This document shows positions 6,933 through 15,789 of a stretch of 64,000 nt of DNA, one piece after another (position 1 is the first letter of the stretch; the number at the start of each line of letters is the position of its first letter). Made by a program: the position numbers and the translations under genes. The DNA is from Patescibacteria group bacterium. GTDB taxonomy: Bacteria > Patescibacteriota > Kazan-3B-28. The notes under the pieces were generated by a model. It worked only from the letters and a program-made list of their open reading frames with translations. It was not told the DNA's origin and searched no databases. The stretch covers positions 26,054 to 90,053 of the forward strand of contig JAQUNP010000002.1 in NCBI GenBank assembly GCA_028717565.1. Direction: 5' to 3'.

Positions 6933-7502
6933 ATGGCAGACGAACAAACTAACCAATCCCAAGGGGAGAACGAAGAGCAGCAAGCCCCTGAAGCTCAAGA
7001 AGAGCAACAGGTTGAAGTGGCTGCAGAAGCTCCGGCTGAGGAAACCAAGGCCGAAGAGGCGCCAGCGCCTGTAGCAGAGAAGCCGGTAGAAGAGAAAAAA
7101 GAAGTAGACACCTCTAAGTTATCCGAGACCGCTAATAAGGTTTTGGACATGGTGTCTGAAATGACTGTTTTGGAACTGGCCGAGCTTGTCAAAGTAATGG
7201 AAGACAAGTTTGGTGTGAGCGCCGCTCCGGCCGCTGTGGCTGTAGCTGGCGGAGCTGCAGCGGGTGGTGGGGACGCGCAAGCTGAAGAAAAGGATAGCTA
7301 CAATATCAATTTGGCTGACGCTGGCGGCAACAAGATTGCTGTCATCAAGGCCGTTCGCGAGATTACAGATTTGGGTCTGAAGGAGGCCAAGGATTTGGTA
7401 GAAGCAGCTCCGAAGATTGTGAGGGAAGGTGTAAAGAAAGAAGAAGCCGAAGAAATGAAGAAGAAGCTCGAAGAGGCCGGTGCTAAAGTAGAATTGGTCT
7501 AA
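6933..7502 (+). CDS. rplL: 50S ribosomal protein L7/L12 with a ~65-aa acidic N-terminal extension
   Basis: The C-terminal 125 aa are canonical ([19 protein letters not shown] ... [23 protein letters not shown]). AGAGG SD precedes the ATG at 6933. The extension is E/Q/A/P-rich. Confidence 0.9.
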   Translation: MADEQTNQSQGENEEQQAPEAQEEQQVEVAAEAPAEETKAEEAPAPVAEKPVEEKKEVDTSKLSETANKVLDMVSEMTVLELAELVKVMEDKFGVSAAPAAVAVAGGAAAGGGDAQAEEKDSYNINLADAGGNKIAVIKAVREITDLGLKEAKDLVEAAPKIVREGVKKEEAEEMKKKLEEAGAKVELV

Positions 7503-7547
7503 CCCCATTTTGTTCGCCCAAAACGGGGTACAAAAGGGCGCCCCTAT

Positions 7548-7664
7548 CACAAAATGTTAACCAAAAACCAAAATCGTCCTTTCTGGATTTAACCGCAAAC
7601 TCGCCCAAGGGCTCAGACATGCTCATCCAGATCGGACGATTTTGCTATTGGTGGACACATTTTG
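7548..7664. repeat. R1a: short, divergent member of the R1 long-hairpin family
   Basis: Nested stems CAAAATGT/ACATTTTG, CAAAATCGTCC/GGACGATTTTG and TCTGGAT/ATCCAGA. The core is GCAAACTC-[GCCCaaGGGC]-TCAGACATGC, as in R1b and R1c. Confidence 0.6.
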
Positions 7665-7718
7665 CTCAAAGGGGGAGGGGGGTGAATAGAGAAGGGATTA
7701 TTGGTATAACAAAGGTGC

Positions 7719-8816
7719 ATGAGTATTGGGTTTGAGATAAAAAATCGAGACGGGAAGGCGCGTAGCGGAGTAATCACAACGGGACATGGAAGTATGCGAA
7801 CTCCCTTGATAACGGTGAACTTTACGCCAGCGTTGTTACGCTCTGGGCTTAAACCCAGTGACGTGAAAGAGTTGGGCAGTGAATTAATATTGGTAAATAC
7901 TTTGCATGCATATTTGAGTGGGATGCGAGATGTGCATGAGGACTTGGGGTGGGAGGGGCCAGTGTTAGCTGATTCGGGCGGTTTTCAAATGATTTCGTTG
8001 GCAGATAAAATGGGCGCCACTGCCGAAGGTGTGGAGTTTGAAATTAACGGCGAGGCGCATTTTTTTGATCCTAAAAAAGTTTTGGAGATTCAAAGAAGTA
8101 TAGGGGTTGATATGATGATGCCGTTGGACTATGTGGTAAGTGTGCGTACGCATTCGCTTGCACTTTTTTTGACATCGGTAACCCAAACACGACTTTGGTT
8201 TGGGCAGGCAGCACTAACGGGTACGGAAAATTTGTACTACATTGTGCAAGGAGGCACTAGTAGCGTGGCTCGGTGGCTATCGGTTAAGGATGCGAACAGA
8301 TGGCTGCGTGCGGGAGTGGAAGCGGTGGCTTTGGGAGGTATTTCCTTGGGCGAGACCAAGCAAGAGATCTACGATACGGTTAAGTTTTGCTGTGATCGCT
8401 TAGTAGAAGACAGACCTCGGCATTTGCTAGGAGTGGGAGATCCGGAAGATTTGCTAGAGTGTGTAGAGCGAGGGATTGATACTTTTGATTGTGTATCGAC
8501 AACTCGTCTGGCTCGGCATGGGCGAGTGTGGACTTTTGGCGGAGTATTACGTTTGCGGCAGGAGCAATTTGGGCGTGATCAGAGTGTGCTGGAGCCGGGC
8601 TGTGATTGCCCGACGTGTCGAGCAGGCGAAAGCCGCGCTGCTTTGCGTGAAGGGTTGCGAGATGTAAATGAGGCAGTGGTTCGAGAAACCAAGTTGAAAT
8701 TAATGAAACACAATATTCGGTTTGTGAATCGGTTAATGGAAGGCATAAGGCAGGCGATAGAAGTGGGTGAGTTGGCCAAGTTTAAGGCCGAGTTTTTGGC
8801 GATATATAAAAGGTAG
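7719..8816 (+). CDS. tgt: tRNA-guanine transglycosylase (queuine/preQ1 tRNA-ribosyltransferase family)
   Basis: Motifs LADSGGFQ, VQGG, LGGISLGE, LLGVGDPEDL, FDCVSTTRLARHG and the zinc site CDCPTC. Confidence 0.88.
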   Translation: MSIGFEIKNRDGKARSGVITTGHGSMRTPLITVNFTPALLRSGLKPSDVKELGSELILVNTLHAYLSGMRDVHEDLGWEGPVLADSGGFQMISLADKMGATAEGVEFEINGEAHFFDPKKVLEIQRSIGVDMMMPLDYVVSVRTHSLALFLTSVTQTRLWFGQAALTGTENLYYIVQGGTSSVARWLSVKDANRWLRAGVEAVALGGISLGETKQEIYDTVKFCCDRLVEDRPRHLLGVGDPEDLLECVERGIDTFDCVSTTRLARHGRVWTFGGVLRLRQEQFGRDQSVLEPGCDCPTCRAGESRAALREGLRDVNEAVVRETKLKLMKHNIRFVNRLMEGIRQAIEVGELAKFKAEFLAIYKR

Positions 8817-8950
8817 GGGTCAGTTTAATTGACTTCAGAACCAAAAGCTGCTTTTCTAAGGGCAGTTTTTTAGTTCTTTGGCTTTTGGGAAGCAGGGCCA
8901 GGTTCGTTGTCGTATGAAGTGTAGTAAATACGAGTGGAGGAGGAACTACC

Positions 8951-9496
8951 ATGAGTTCGCGAGCAGGAATTGCGATGATTGCGGTTGCGGTTGTCGCCAT
9001 TGCGCTTTTGGTAAAATGCCCGATAGGTGTTGACGTCGAGAACGAGAAGGTGATTGATGTGTCGACACCGGCAGCGCAGCCCGTAGTGGCTCGGCCCGAC
9101 TATAGTCGGGAGGGCTACTACATCAACGGGCAGCTCGCCCAGGTTCTGGATTTGCCAGAACCTTTGGGGACGAAGACGGCTGCAGATATTGTGCCCTATC
9201 GCAATAACCGGCAACAGATTATTGAGGTAGGTCAGGAGTTCGAACTGGTCATCAACCCGCCGACTATACTGGGGCAAGATCTTCTTACTGGCGGTCGTTT
9301 GGTCAGTTTGAGCTGGGGAGATCCTAGGGACAACGAGCACGGTGGAGTGCTCAAGTTCCAGGATATGGGCGATGAGGTACGGGGGGGAGTAAAGGTGGCT
9401 GTCTTTCGGGTTATTGTGCCCGAGCCAGGTATCTATTTCATCTGGGATCAGACGGATCGTAACGACAATGCGTTTATAGCCGTTGAGATGCGCTGA
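8951..9496 (+). CDS. Secreted or membrane-anchored hypothetical protein (GC-rich)
   Basis: GGAGGAGG SD and an N-terminal hydrophobic segment IAMIAVAVVAIALLV. One 60-nt sample is 40/60 GC. The overlapping minus-strand ORF was rejected. Confidence 0.55.
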   Translation: MSSRAGIAMIAVAVVAIALLVKCPIGVDVENEKVIDVSTPAAQPVVARPDYSREGYYINGQLAQVLDLPEPLGTKTAADIVPYRNNRQQIIEVGQEFELVINPPTILGQDLLTGGRLVSLSWGDPRDNEHGGVLKFQDMGDEVRGGVKVAVFRVIVPEPGIYFIWDQTDRNDNAFIAVEMR

Positions 9497-9559
9497 TGGT
9501 CGGGTGTTCACCAAAGAAAGCAGGGGTATGGACCTAAGTGGTTCGTACCCCGCTTTGAC

Positions 9560-9587
9560 TTGACAAAAATAAGCTTTGTGTTATGAT
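9560..9587 (+). promoter_or_regulatory. Promoter of the HD-GYP giant gene
   Basis: TTGACA-16-TATGAT with an extended -10 (TGtTATGAT). It is preceded by the hairpin GCAGGGGTA..TACCCCGCT. Confidence 0.55.
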
Positions 9588-9665
9588 AAATGCGCTCTGG
9601 GGGCTGATTTCTTCTCTGTAGCAAAAACTACTAATCGGGGGGAGAAAGTATAGGATAATAGGAGT

Positions 9666-12600
9666 ATGGATCCTGACCGGATCACCGATCAAGAGACGCC
9701 TACGTCTCAAGTAACACCTGAAGAGGTGGGTGTTGGCGAACCCCGTGAAAACGGTGGCGCTGAGGTAGAAGTCAGGGGGGGTAATGGTGGCGGACCGGAA
9801 GTAAAAACCAATGGTGAGCCCGAAGCTCGAACTATTGTAGTGGAGAATGTCGGGCCGGAGATTGCTAAAATCAAACAGGAGCTAGGGGAAGAAGGAGAAC
9901 CTCCGTCTGTAATGGAGCGGAGAAATATGCTCAAACTGATTATCGGTGTGGAGCAGGTAGATGAGACAAAAATCGAGCAAGCTGGACTGACTGAAAAGTG
10001 GCAACTGATACAAGAAGTGCTGGATTTAGTGACCGACAAGTATGAAACAAGAGAAAAGTTGAGGTTGCATACAAAGGTTTTTGACGTGGCGGTATCGAGA
10101 TTGCGGGACATTGTTGACCAATTCAGTCCTTGGACTCTGGCACACTCCACGCGCTTAACGGGCGAGGCGTACAAACTGGCTAAAGACATCTGGGAGTTTT
10201 CGGCTATATTTATGAAAAATCTTCGAGATGCCGGTTTGATTCATGATGTTGGTAAGGCGGCTACTCCGTTTCAGATTCTAGAAAAGCCGAGCCGGATGAA
10301 TGATGCCGAGTTCGAGCGAATGAAAAAACATCCAGATGATGGGCGTAAAATGGCGGCGCCGGTTTGTCGGCGCAATAGTAAAATTTGTGCTGGTTTTGGT
10401 CACCATGAAAAAGTTGACGGGAGTGGCTATCCCGATGGGCTGAAGGGCACGGAGATACCATTTATTGCTAGGTTGTTAGCATATACAGATGTTTTGGATG
10501 CAGTCAGTAGTGAAAGGCCGTACAAGCTACCTTTCTTACCAGAGTTTTCTCAGCAAGCGGTAATGGAGCCAGGCGTTGGAGTACACTTCGATCCGTATAT
10601 TGCAGCTGGTTCGAGGGATAGATATGAACGGAGAGGTTTTACATTTAAGCAGTACTTTAGACCAGAACGAACTGAACGACAGATTGAGAATGAGCTGGTT
10701 AACGTCAGCCCATTTACTCAATTTAAAAATGAGCGGGCTCGACAAAAAGATGTCAGAAGTATCGCCAAGATATTTAGGCCCCATGTTTCTAATAATGGTT
10801 CTAAGCGTAGTGCGGAAGAGATTATTGCCCGGCTGGATATGGCAGAACTGGTGGCGCTGAAAGCAAAGCTTGATCAGGAACAAACTGTACTGGGAGACGA
10901 GGAAGGGCGATTACAGGATATCTCTGTGGATGCTCTGATGATTTTGGTGAAGGCGATTGATGCACGTTACAGTATGCAAACCTTTAAGGATGAGAACCAA
11001 ACTGGCGAGGCAAAGGAACAGGACGGACAGGACGGCGAGTCAGATGAGGAGAGGATAGTTGGTCAGGCACGTACGGAGAATGTGATCCGCTATGCTTGGA
11101 TGTTGTTGCAGCACATGAAAAATCGTGGATACGAAGGCGCTGAAGATATAGATGAAAGACAGGTGATCATGGCGGCGATGTTCTGTGATGTTGGTGTGTT
11201 GGGTGTTGACCCTAAGAAAATTAGTTACCCCGGTTTTTTGGGTGTAACTGATATGAAAGCGATTCAAGCGATGCCTGCAATCGGTAATGCGCTGCTTGAG
11301 CCATTTATTAAGGACCCCGAGATTGCGCCTTGGTTTAATGGCGCGGAAGCTGGTGCGACGCAGGCCAACCTCTGGGCCGATGGTCGGCACGGTTACGGTA
11401 TCACGACTAATGGTGCTAAGGAGCCATCTTTACTTGGGAAGATAGTGGCTGTTGCTTACAAATATACTGCACTTAGATCAGACAATCCACGACGCGATCC
11501 ATTTGATCACAAGGCGGCGCTAGAAACGATGCTGCGCGGCACAGCCAAGGGCGAATTTGATGCAGATGTGATGCAGTATTTTGTAGAGGTAGATGCTTTG
11601 GATATGCTGCGAGTGTATCAGCCCCGGCCAGAAGTGGTGGGAGATATCAAGGAGGAGTTTAAGGGAAATGAAGTAAAAGTCGTGCCTGGCTCACAGCTGG
11701 CTTTGGAGTTAGCTAGCAAGGCAGGGGAGATTTACCGGGCCACGTCATCTGATGAAAAATTAAAATTGTGTATGGAGGGGGCGAAATTGTGTCAAGAACA
11801 TAGTTTGTACACTCACATGGAGAGATTTTTGGAGATGGAAGAACGGGAATTCATCCAACGCCATGACTTGAACGGCATTGAATCCTGCTATCAATATGAT
11901 TTAGTTCAGTCAGAAGCTCAGCGGTGGAGCTTTGTGACAAACATGCTGGAATTAATAAGAGACCCCCGCATACCAGCTGAGACCGCCTACCGGAATATGC
12001 GCAAGGCAGTCGGCTCGGCAGAGGGATTGATGAAGGACTTTGCGGAAATGGGACAGGTATTAAGCGATGAAGTGGCCAATAAGTTTAGGGATGCTCTGAT
12101 AGAGGGTAACCAAATTGTTTATAATCTGCTGATGCAAAAGTATCGGGAAAGTATGCTGGCCAAGGACGCTGAACTGGCGCTCAATACGTTTGAGATGCTC
12201 ACGATTGTAGGTGCCGAACTGGGTCTAAGTGGTGAGGGGGATCAAAGACAGATAGAGATGCTGCAGGCAGAGGTTAACGATAAGATGGTGATTGATGATA
12301 TTGAAAATGATATTAAAGAAGCTCAACTGGCGATAGCTGAACAAAACCCTTGGGACGCGGAGCACTACATTGCAGTGGCGAATAAAAAACTAGAAGACAA
12401 AGTCACTTGTCCTCAATCGCAAGAGGTGCGGGATGCCTTAGTTGAAAACATTCAGGCAGTCAAGAAGGGGATGTGTGCATGTGGTTGTGAGACGGGCTTG
12501 GCTAGAATGAGGGAGAACAGAGACCAGGGCTTAGTGTTTAGTAACCTAGAGCTGCAGAAGAAGGTTTTAGAATGGGGTGGCTCGGCTGAAGAGACACAAG

Positions 12601-14096
12601 AGGTTATGGAGGAAACCTATGCACGTGGGATTGAGGAAATGGAGGCATTGTTGCAGTCTCCGGAGTTGGGAGTGGAGGATATTCCTAAAGTTTTGCGTTG
12701 GGTCAGAAATATAGATGATTGGAAAACCACCTTGGGTTTGAGCGGATTGTCTCATGACGAGAAGGCTCTGTGGTCGCGCAATGCTCTGCAAACCGTACGG
12801 GAAAATTTTGATAGAGAGATAAACAAGGCCGTGGCTACGGCAGACCAGGCAGAGTTAAAACGGATGGTTTTGATGGTGGGGGGATATATTGTTGAGGGCT
12901 GTGAATTTTGGGACAGAAATCCTAAGACCGAACGGCTAGAGATTGTTAACCCGGCATGGGATATGGATGCTGCGCAGTATTTGCGACCTGTGTTAGGGGA
13001 ATGGCTGCAAGATAATTTTGTGCAGGGGCTTATCGGTCGGTTAAAAAGTCGACTTTTTGAAGCAACCCGGGAAGAGCTATACGTTCATCTGGAGACAGGC
13101 AACTATGAGATAGTGCGTGACAAGCTAGAGGCCTTTTTGCGTTTCTCTATAGTTGACGGCCAGGAACCCACTGAACCTAAAAGAGCGACTGAGGTTTTGA
13201 TGCGGCTTAGTCAAAAACAAGCGAGGGAGTTAGAGAGCATAGGGCTAGAGAGTATGAAAAGAGCTCTGATTCAAAGCTCCGATAACATTCGGTTACTAGT
13301 GAGAGAGAGCTCTATTGTGACAGCTGGTCAGGAGATTGAGAATCGTCTCGAAAGCGAGTTGGCAAGTTGGGATAAAGCGTACAATGATTTAGTGGCCGAA
13401 AATAAGGGTGGTCTAACAGACGAGGAACAACGGATACAGAGGTGGCTGCGCGACGACTATGTTTATGGAGTGGTGGGCAGCCGAATGGCTTATGCGCTCG
13501 ACACTGGTGAGTACAGCATTTTGCTTAGTTCATTGGACAAGCTCAACGATTGGTTAGAGCGGGGTGTGATTACCAAGGAGAAAGAGCGGTTGTTGGATAT
13601 CCGAGAAATTTTGGAACCTTATGCCAATAATGTTTTTGAAGAAGTGGCTAGGCAAGGGGATCTAGAGACCTTCGAGAGGTTGTTGATAACAGTGGAGAGA
13701 GTGCTGGGCAGGAAGATAGTGCCCTCTAAAGACGAAATAGCGGCTTTGCGTGAAAGCTGTCTGGATGAATATGTTAATCGTTCTCTAACCCTGATCGATT
13801 TGTATGGCTTAAAATCTTTTTTGGTAGAGATGAGAGCACAGCAAGACCGTCTAGAGAATTATTATCAATTGACGGATGAGCAGGCGCAAAGGATTCAAGG
13901 CATGGCGGATAAAATTATTTTGACTAGCGTTACTGTTATGCATTCGATAGACAAGTTGGGGGCAGCGACTATAAGAGCGTACGAGGACAGTATGAATGTT
14001 TTGCGGGAGATGGTATCGGATTTGCAGAAAACGCGTAACGGTCTGGAGGACGCTACGCGTTTGTCGGGATTGCTAAAAAAGTATGAGGCGATTTAA
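9666..14096 (+). CDS. 1476-aa protein: disordered N-terminus, intact HD-GYP domain, degenerate second HD-GYP-like domain, ~850-aa helical C-terminal region
   Basis: AGGAG SD. Domain 1 (aa ~155-300) has H160, HD193-194, HHE246-248 and GYP254-256 (GHHEKVDGSGYPDGL). Domain 2 (aa ~465-645) has CD in place of HD and WADGRHGYG in place of HHExxDGxGYP. Confidence 0.8.
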   Translation: MDPDRITDQETPTSQVTPEEVGVGEPRENGGAEVEVRGGNGGGPEVKTNGEPEARTIVVENVGPEIAKIKQELGEEGEPPSVMERRNMLKLIIGVEQVDETKIEQAGLTEKWQLIQEVLDLVTDKYETREKLRLHTKVFDVAVSRLRDIVDQFSPWTLAHSTRLTGEAYKLAKDIWEFSAIFMKNLRDAGLIHDVGKAATPFQILEKPSRMNDAEFERMKKHPDDGRKMAAPVCRRNSKICAGFGHHEKVDGSGYPDGLKGTEIPFIARLLAYTDVLDAVSSERPYKLPFLPEFSQQAVMEPGVGVHFDPYIAAGSRDRYERRGFTFKQYFRPERTERQIENELVNVSPFTQFKNERARQKDVRSIAKIFRPHVSNNGSKRSAEEIIARLDMAELVALKAKLDQEQTVLGDEEGRLQDISVDALMILVKAIDARYSMQTFKDENQTGEAKEQDGQDGESDEERIVGQARTENVIRYAWMLLQHMKNRGYEGAEDIDERQVIMAAMFCDVGVLGVDPKKISYPGFLGVTDMKAIQAMPAIGNALLEPFIKDPEIAPWFNGAEAGATQANLWADGRHGYGITTNGAKEPSLLGKIVAVAYKYTALRSDNPRRDPFDHKAALETMLRGTAKGEFDADVMQYFVEVDALDMLRVYQPRPEVVGDIKEEFKGNEVKVVPGSQLALELASKAGEIYRATSSDEKLKLCMEGAKLCQEHSLYTHMERFLEMEEREFIQRHDLNGIESCYQYDLVQSEAQRWSFVTNMLELIRDPRIPAETAYRNMRKAVGSAEGLMKDFAEMGQVLSDEVANKFRDALIEGNQIVYNLLMQKYRESMLAKDAELALNTFEMLTIVGAELGLSGEGDQRQIEMLQAEVNDKMVIDDIENDIKEAQLAIAEQNPWDAEHYIAVANKKLEDKVTCPQSQEVRDALVENIQAVKKGMCACGCETGLARMRENRDQGLVFSNLELQKKVLEWGGSAEETQEVMEETYARGIEEMEALLQSPELGVEDIPKVLRWVRNIDDWKTTLGLSGLSHDEKALWSRNALQTVRENFDREINKAVATADQAELKRMVLMVGGYIVEGCEFWDRNPKTERLEIVNPAWDMDAAQYLRPVLGEWLQDNFVQGLIGRLKSRLFEATREELYVHLETGNYEIVRDKLEAFLRFSIVDGQEPTEPKRATEVLMRLSQKQARELESIGLESMKRALIQSSDNIRLLVRESSIVTAGQEIENRLESELASWDKAYNDLVAENKGGLTDEEQRIQRWLRDDYVYGVVGSRMAYALDTGEYSILLSSLDKLNDWLERGVITKEKERLLDIREILEPYANNVFEEVARQGDLETFERLLITVERVLGRKIVPSKDEIAALRESCLDEYVNRSLTLIDLYGLKSFLVEMRAQQDRLENYYQLTDEQAQRIQGMADKIILTSVTVMHSIDKLGAATIRAYEDSMNVLREMVSDLQKTRNGLEDATRLSGLLKKYEAI

Positions 14097-14293
14097 AGCA
14101 AGGTCTCTTCGTTACCACCTACTTCTATCCGAAGAGTTTGGCTGGGCTGCTCAAGATTGATCAAGGATGACTTACTGGCTGCTAGTGAGTAACCGATAAG
14201 TACGCCCAGCAAAAGAACGGCGGCTAGAATGATGACTAGTTCGATTTCGATAGTTTTGTAGAGACCTCGGTTGGATGACTTTGCTTTTTGCAT
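14093..14293 (-). CDS. Small pilin-like (Flp/class III signal-like) membrane protein
   Basis: 66 aa. A basic N-terminus KSSNRG is followed by LYKTIEIELVIILAAVLLLGVLIGY (Gly, then a hydrophobic helix with Glu). It starts 12 nt downstream of the 449-aa gene. The motif is not canonical. Confidence 0.4.
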   Translation of the reverse strand: MQKAKSSNRGLYKTIEIELVIILAAVLLLGVLIGYSLAASKSSLINLEQPSQTLRIEVGGNEETLL

Positions 14294-14305
14294 ATCTACT
14301 TGAGG

Positions 14306-15655
14306 TTATTCTAATCCAGTTTCCTCTGAGCCACCCAAACCGCTTCGTAGCGGGCTGGCACCAGCGCCAGCTTCATCTTTGGGTTTACCAGTCACGAAGA
14401 GGTCAACAATCAGCTGCCCAATTTTTTTGAAGGCGCTGTCCTTTTTGATTACGGTGCCATCTTCCAAAGTAGTGGTAGAGCCGACAAAGATCTCTTTCAC
14501 GTCTTTTACTACCTGGCTCATGCCGAGAGTAACTTTCGTCACGGCGCGTTGGAAGGTGCTAGCGGTAGTGGTATTAAGAATGGTTTGAACCTGCTCTTCG
14601 GAAACGTAAGAACTTTGGTTTTGGGTCTGGGCGGTATTTTTGATTTGAGTTTGAGCAAAGGCATCAAGGGCTTCGCTAACAGATTCTTGAGTGGAGGTTT
14701 TGTCTGCCTCGGCTGGAGGAATGTACTGATACCAGTCTGGTTCGGTCTCATCCTCTGGTGCACCAGGGTAGTCCTCGTCTTGTTTTTGAGGAGTGGTAGC
14801 AGTCGGGGCGGCAATTGTCTTAGGCGCTTCCTCGACGCTAATAGTAGCCACAGCGCTAGCGCCGTTGGCTTTGACCTGTACCTGAACGACACCCTTTTTG
14901 ACACCAGTAATTTCACCTGTGGTTTTGTTGATGGTGGCGTTATCACTACCCGAGACAATGCTCCAGGTTTTAGAAACATTCTGGATTTCCTTGCCAGTGC
15001 TGTCCAAGGCGATAACGGAGAAGGAGCGGGTTTGGCCGATGGCTACCTTGGCAGTAGTTGGAACCAAATAAAGAGTAGCGACTGATGGGGGGGTGTAGCT
15101 GGAGTCGCTGCCAGCATAATTGACAAGCTTACTAACAGTGTCGCCGCCATGAATGGCGATATTGATAGTAGAGGCATTACTCAAGGCAATAGGACCTAAG
15201 GGGGAGTTGACGGCGATACCGTTAACGGTAGCACCCGTAAAAGAACCGTGCAGGTAGAAAGTGCCTGACACGGGTTGGTCTAGAACAATACTCAGGGTGT
15301 AGGTTTGGCCAAGAGTTTGGCCTTTGGTCCCAGCGGAGGTTTGAGAGAGGTTGCTGGGGGACCAGCCAGAACGGACGGAATACAGTCCGCTAGCTTGGCC
15401 GGCAGCGAAGTTTAAGCCGCCGTATTCAACACCCTTGATGAAAAAGCCCTCTTCACCCCAGGCAGCACTCCAAGAGTTGGCAACTTGGACGTCGCCAGGT
15501 TCCAGGGCAGTGCTGGCATAAGAGAAGCCGACTACAAATCCTAACATTAAAAGCAACGCGAGCGACATTTCTAGCTCACGCTTTATGAAATCTACAACTT
15601 TGTGCCACAAGGACACCTTCCCCCGCTTTTTGGAAACTTTCTTTCTATTTTTCAT
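14306..15655 (-). CDS. Membrane-anchored surface protein with a Big_2-like Ig domain
   Basis: N-terminal KKRGK plus a TM helix. The Big_2-like segment is AKVAIGQTRSFSVIALDSTGKEIQNVSKTWSIVSGSDNATINKTTGEITGVKKGVVQVQV. The C-terminal half is low-complexity. Confidence 0.65.
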   Translation of the reverse strand: MKNRKKVSKKRGKVSLWHKVVDFIKRELEMSLALLLMLGFVVGFSYASTALEPGDVQVANSWSAAWGEEGFFIKGVEYGGLNFAAGQASGLYSVRSGWSPSNLSQTSAGTKGQTLGQTYTLSIVLDQPVSGTFYLHGSFTGATVNGIAVNSPLGPIALSNASTINIAIHGGDTVSKLVNYAGSDSSYTPPSVATLYLVPTTAKVAIGQTRSFSVIALDSTGKEIQNVSKTWSIVSGSDNATINKTTGEITGVKKGVVQVQVKANGASAVATISVEEAPKTIAAPTATTPQKQDEDYPGAPEDETEPDWYQYIPPAEADKTSTQESVSEALDAFAQTQIKNTAQTQNQSSYVSEEQVQTILNTTTASTFQRAVTKVTLGMSQVVKDVKEIFVGSTTTLEDGTVIKKDSAFKKIGQLIVDLFVTGKPKDEAGAGASPLRSGLGGSEETGLE

Positions 15656-15789
15656 GGCAGACCCTTTTGTTTTTATTTTCCCGCTCTATTTTGAGCTTGT
15701 TTATATTCTACCAAAAAAAATGACATAAGTCAAGCGGGAATGTGCTCAAGAGATTGATTTATAGATGGGAGTTGTGGATAATACAAATT

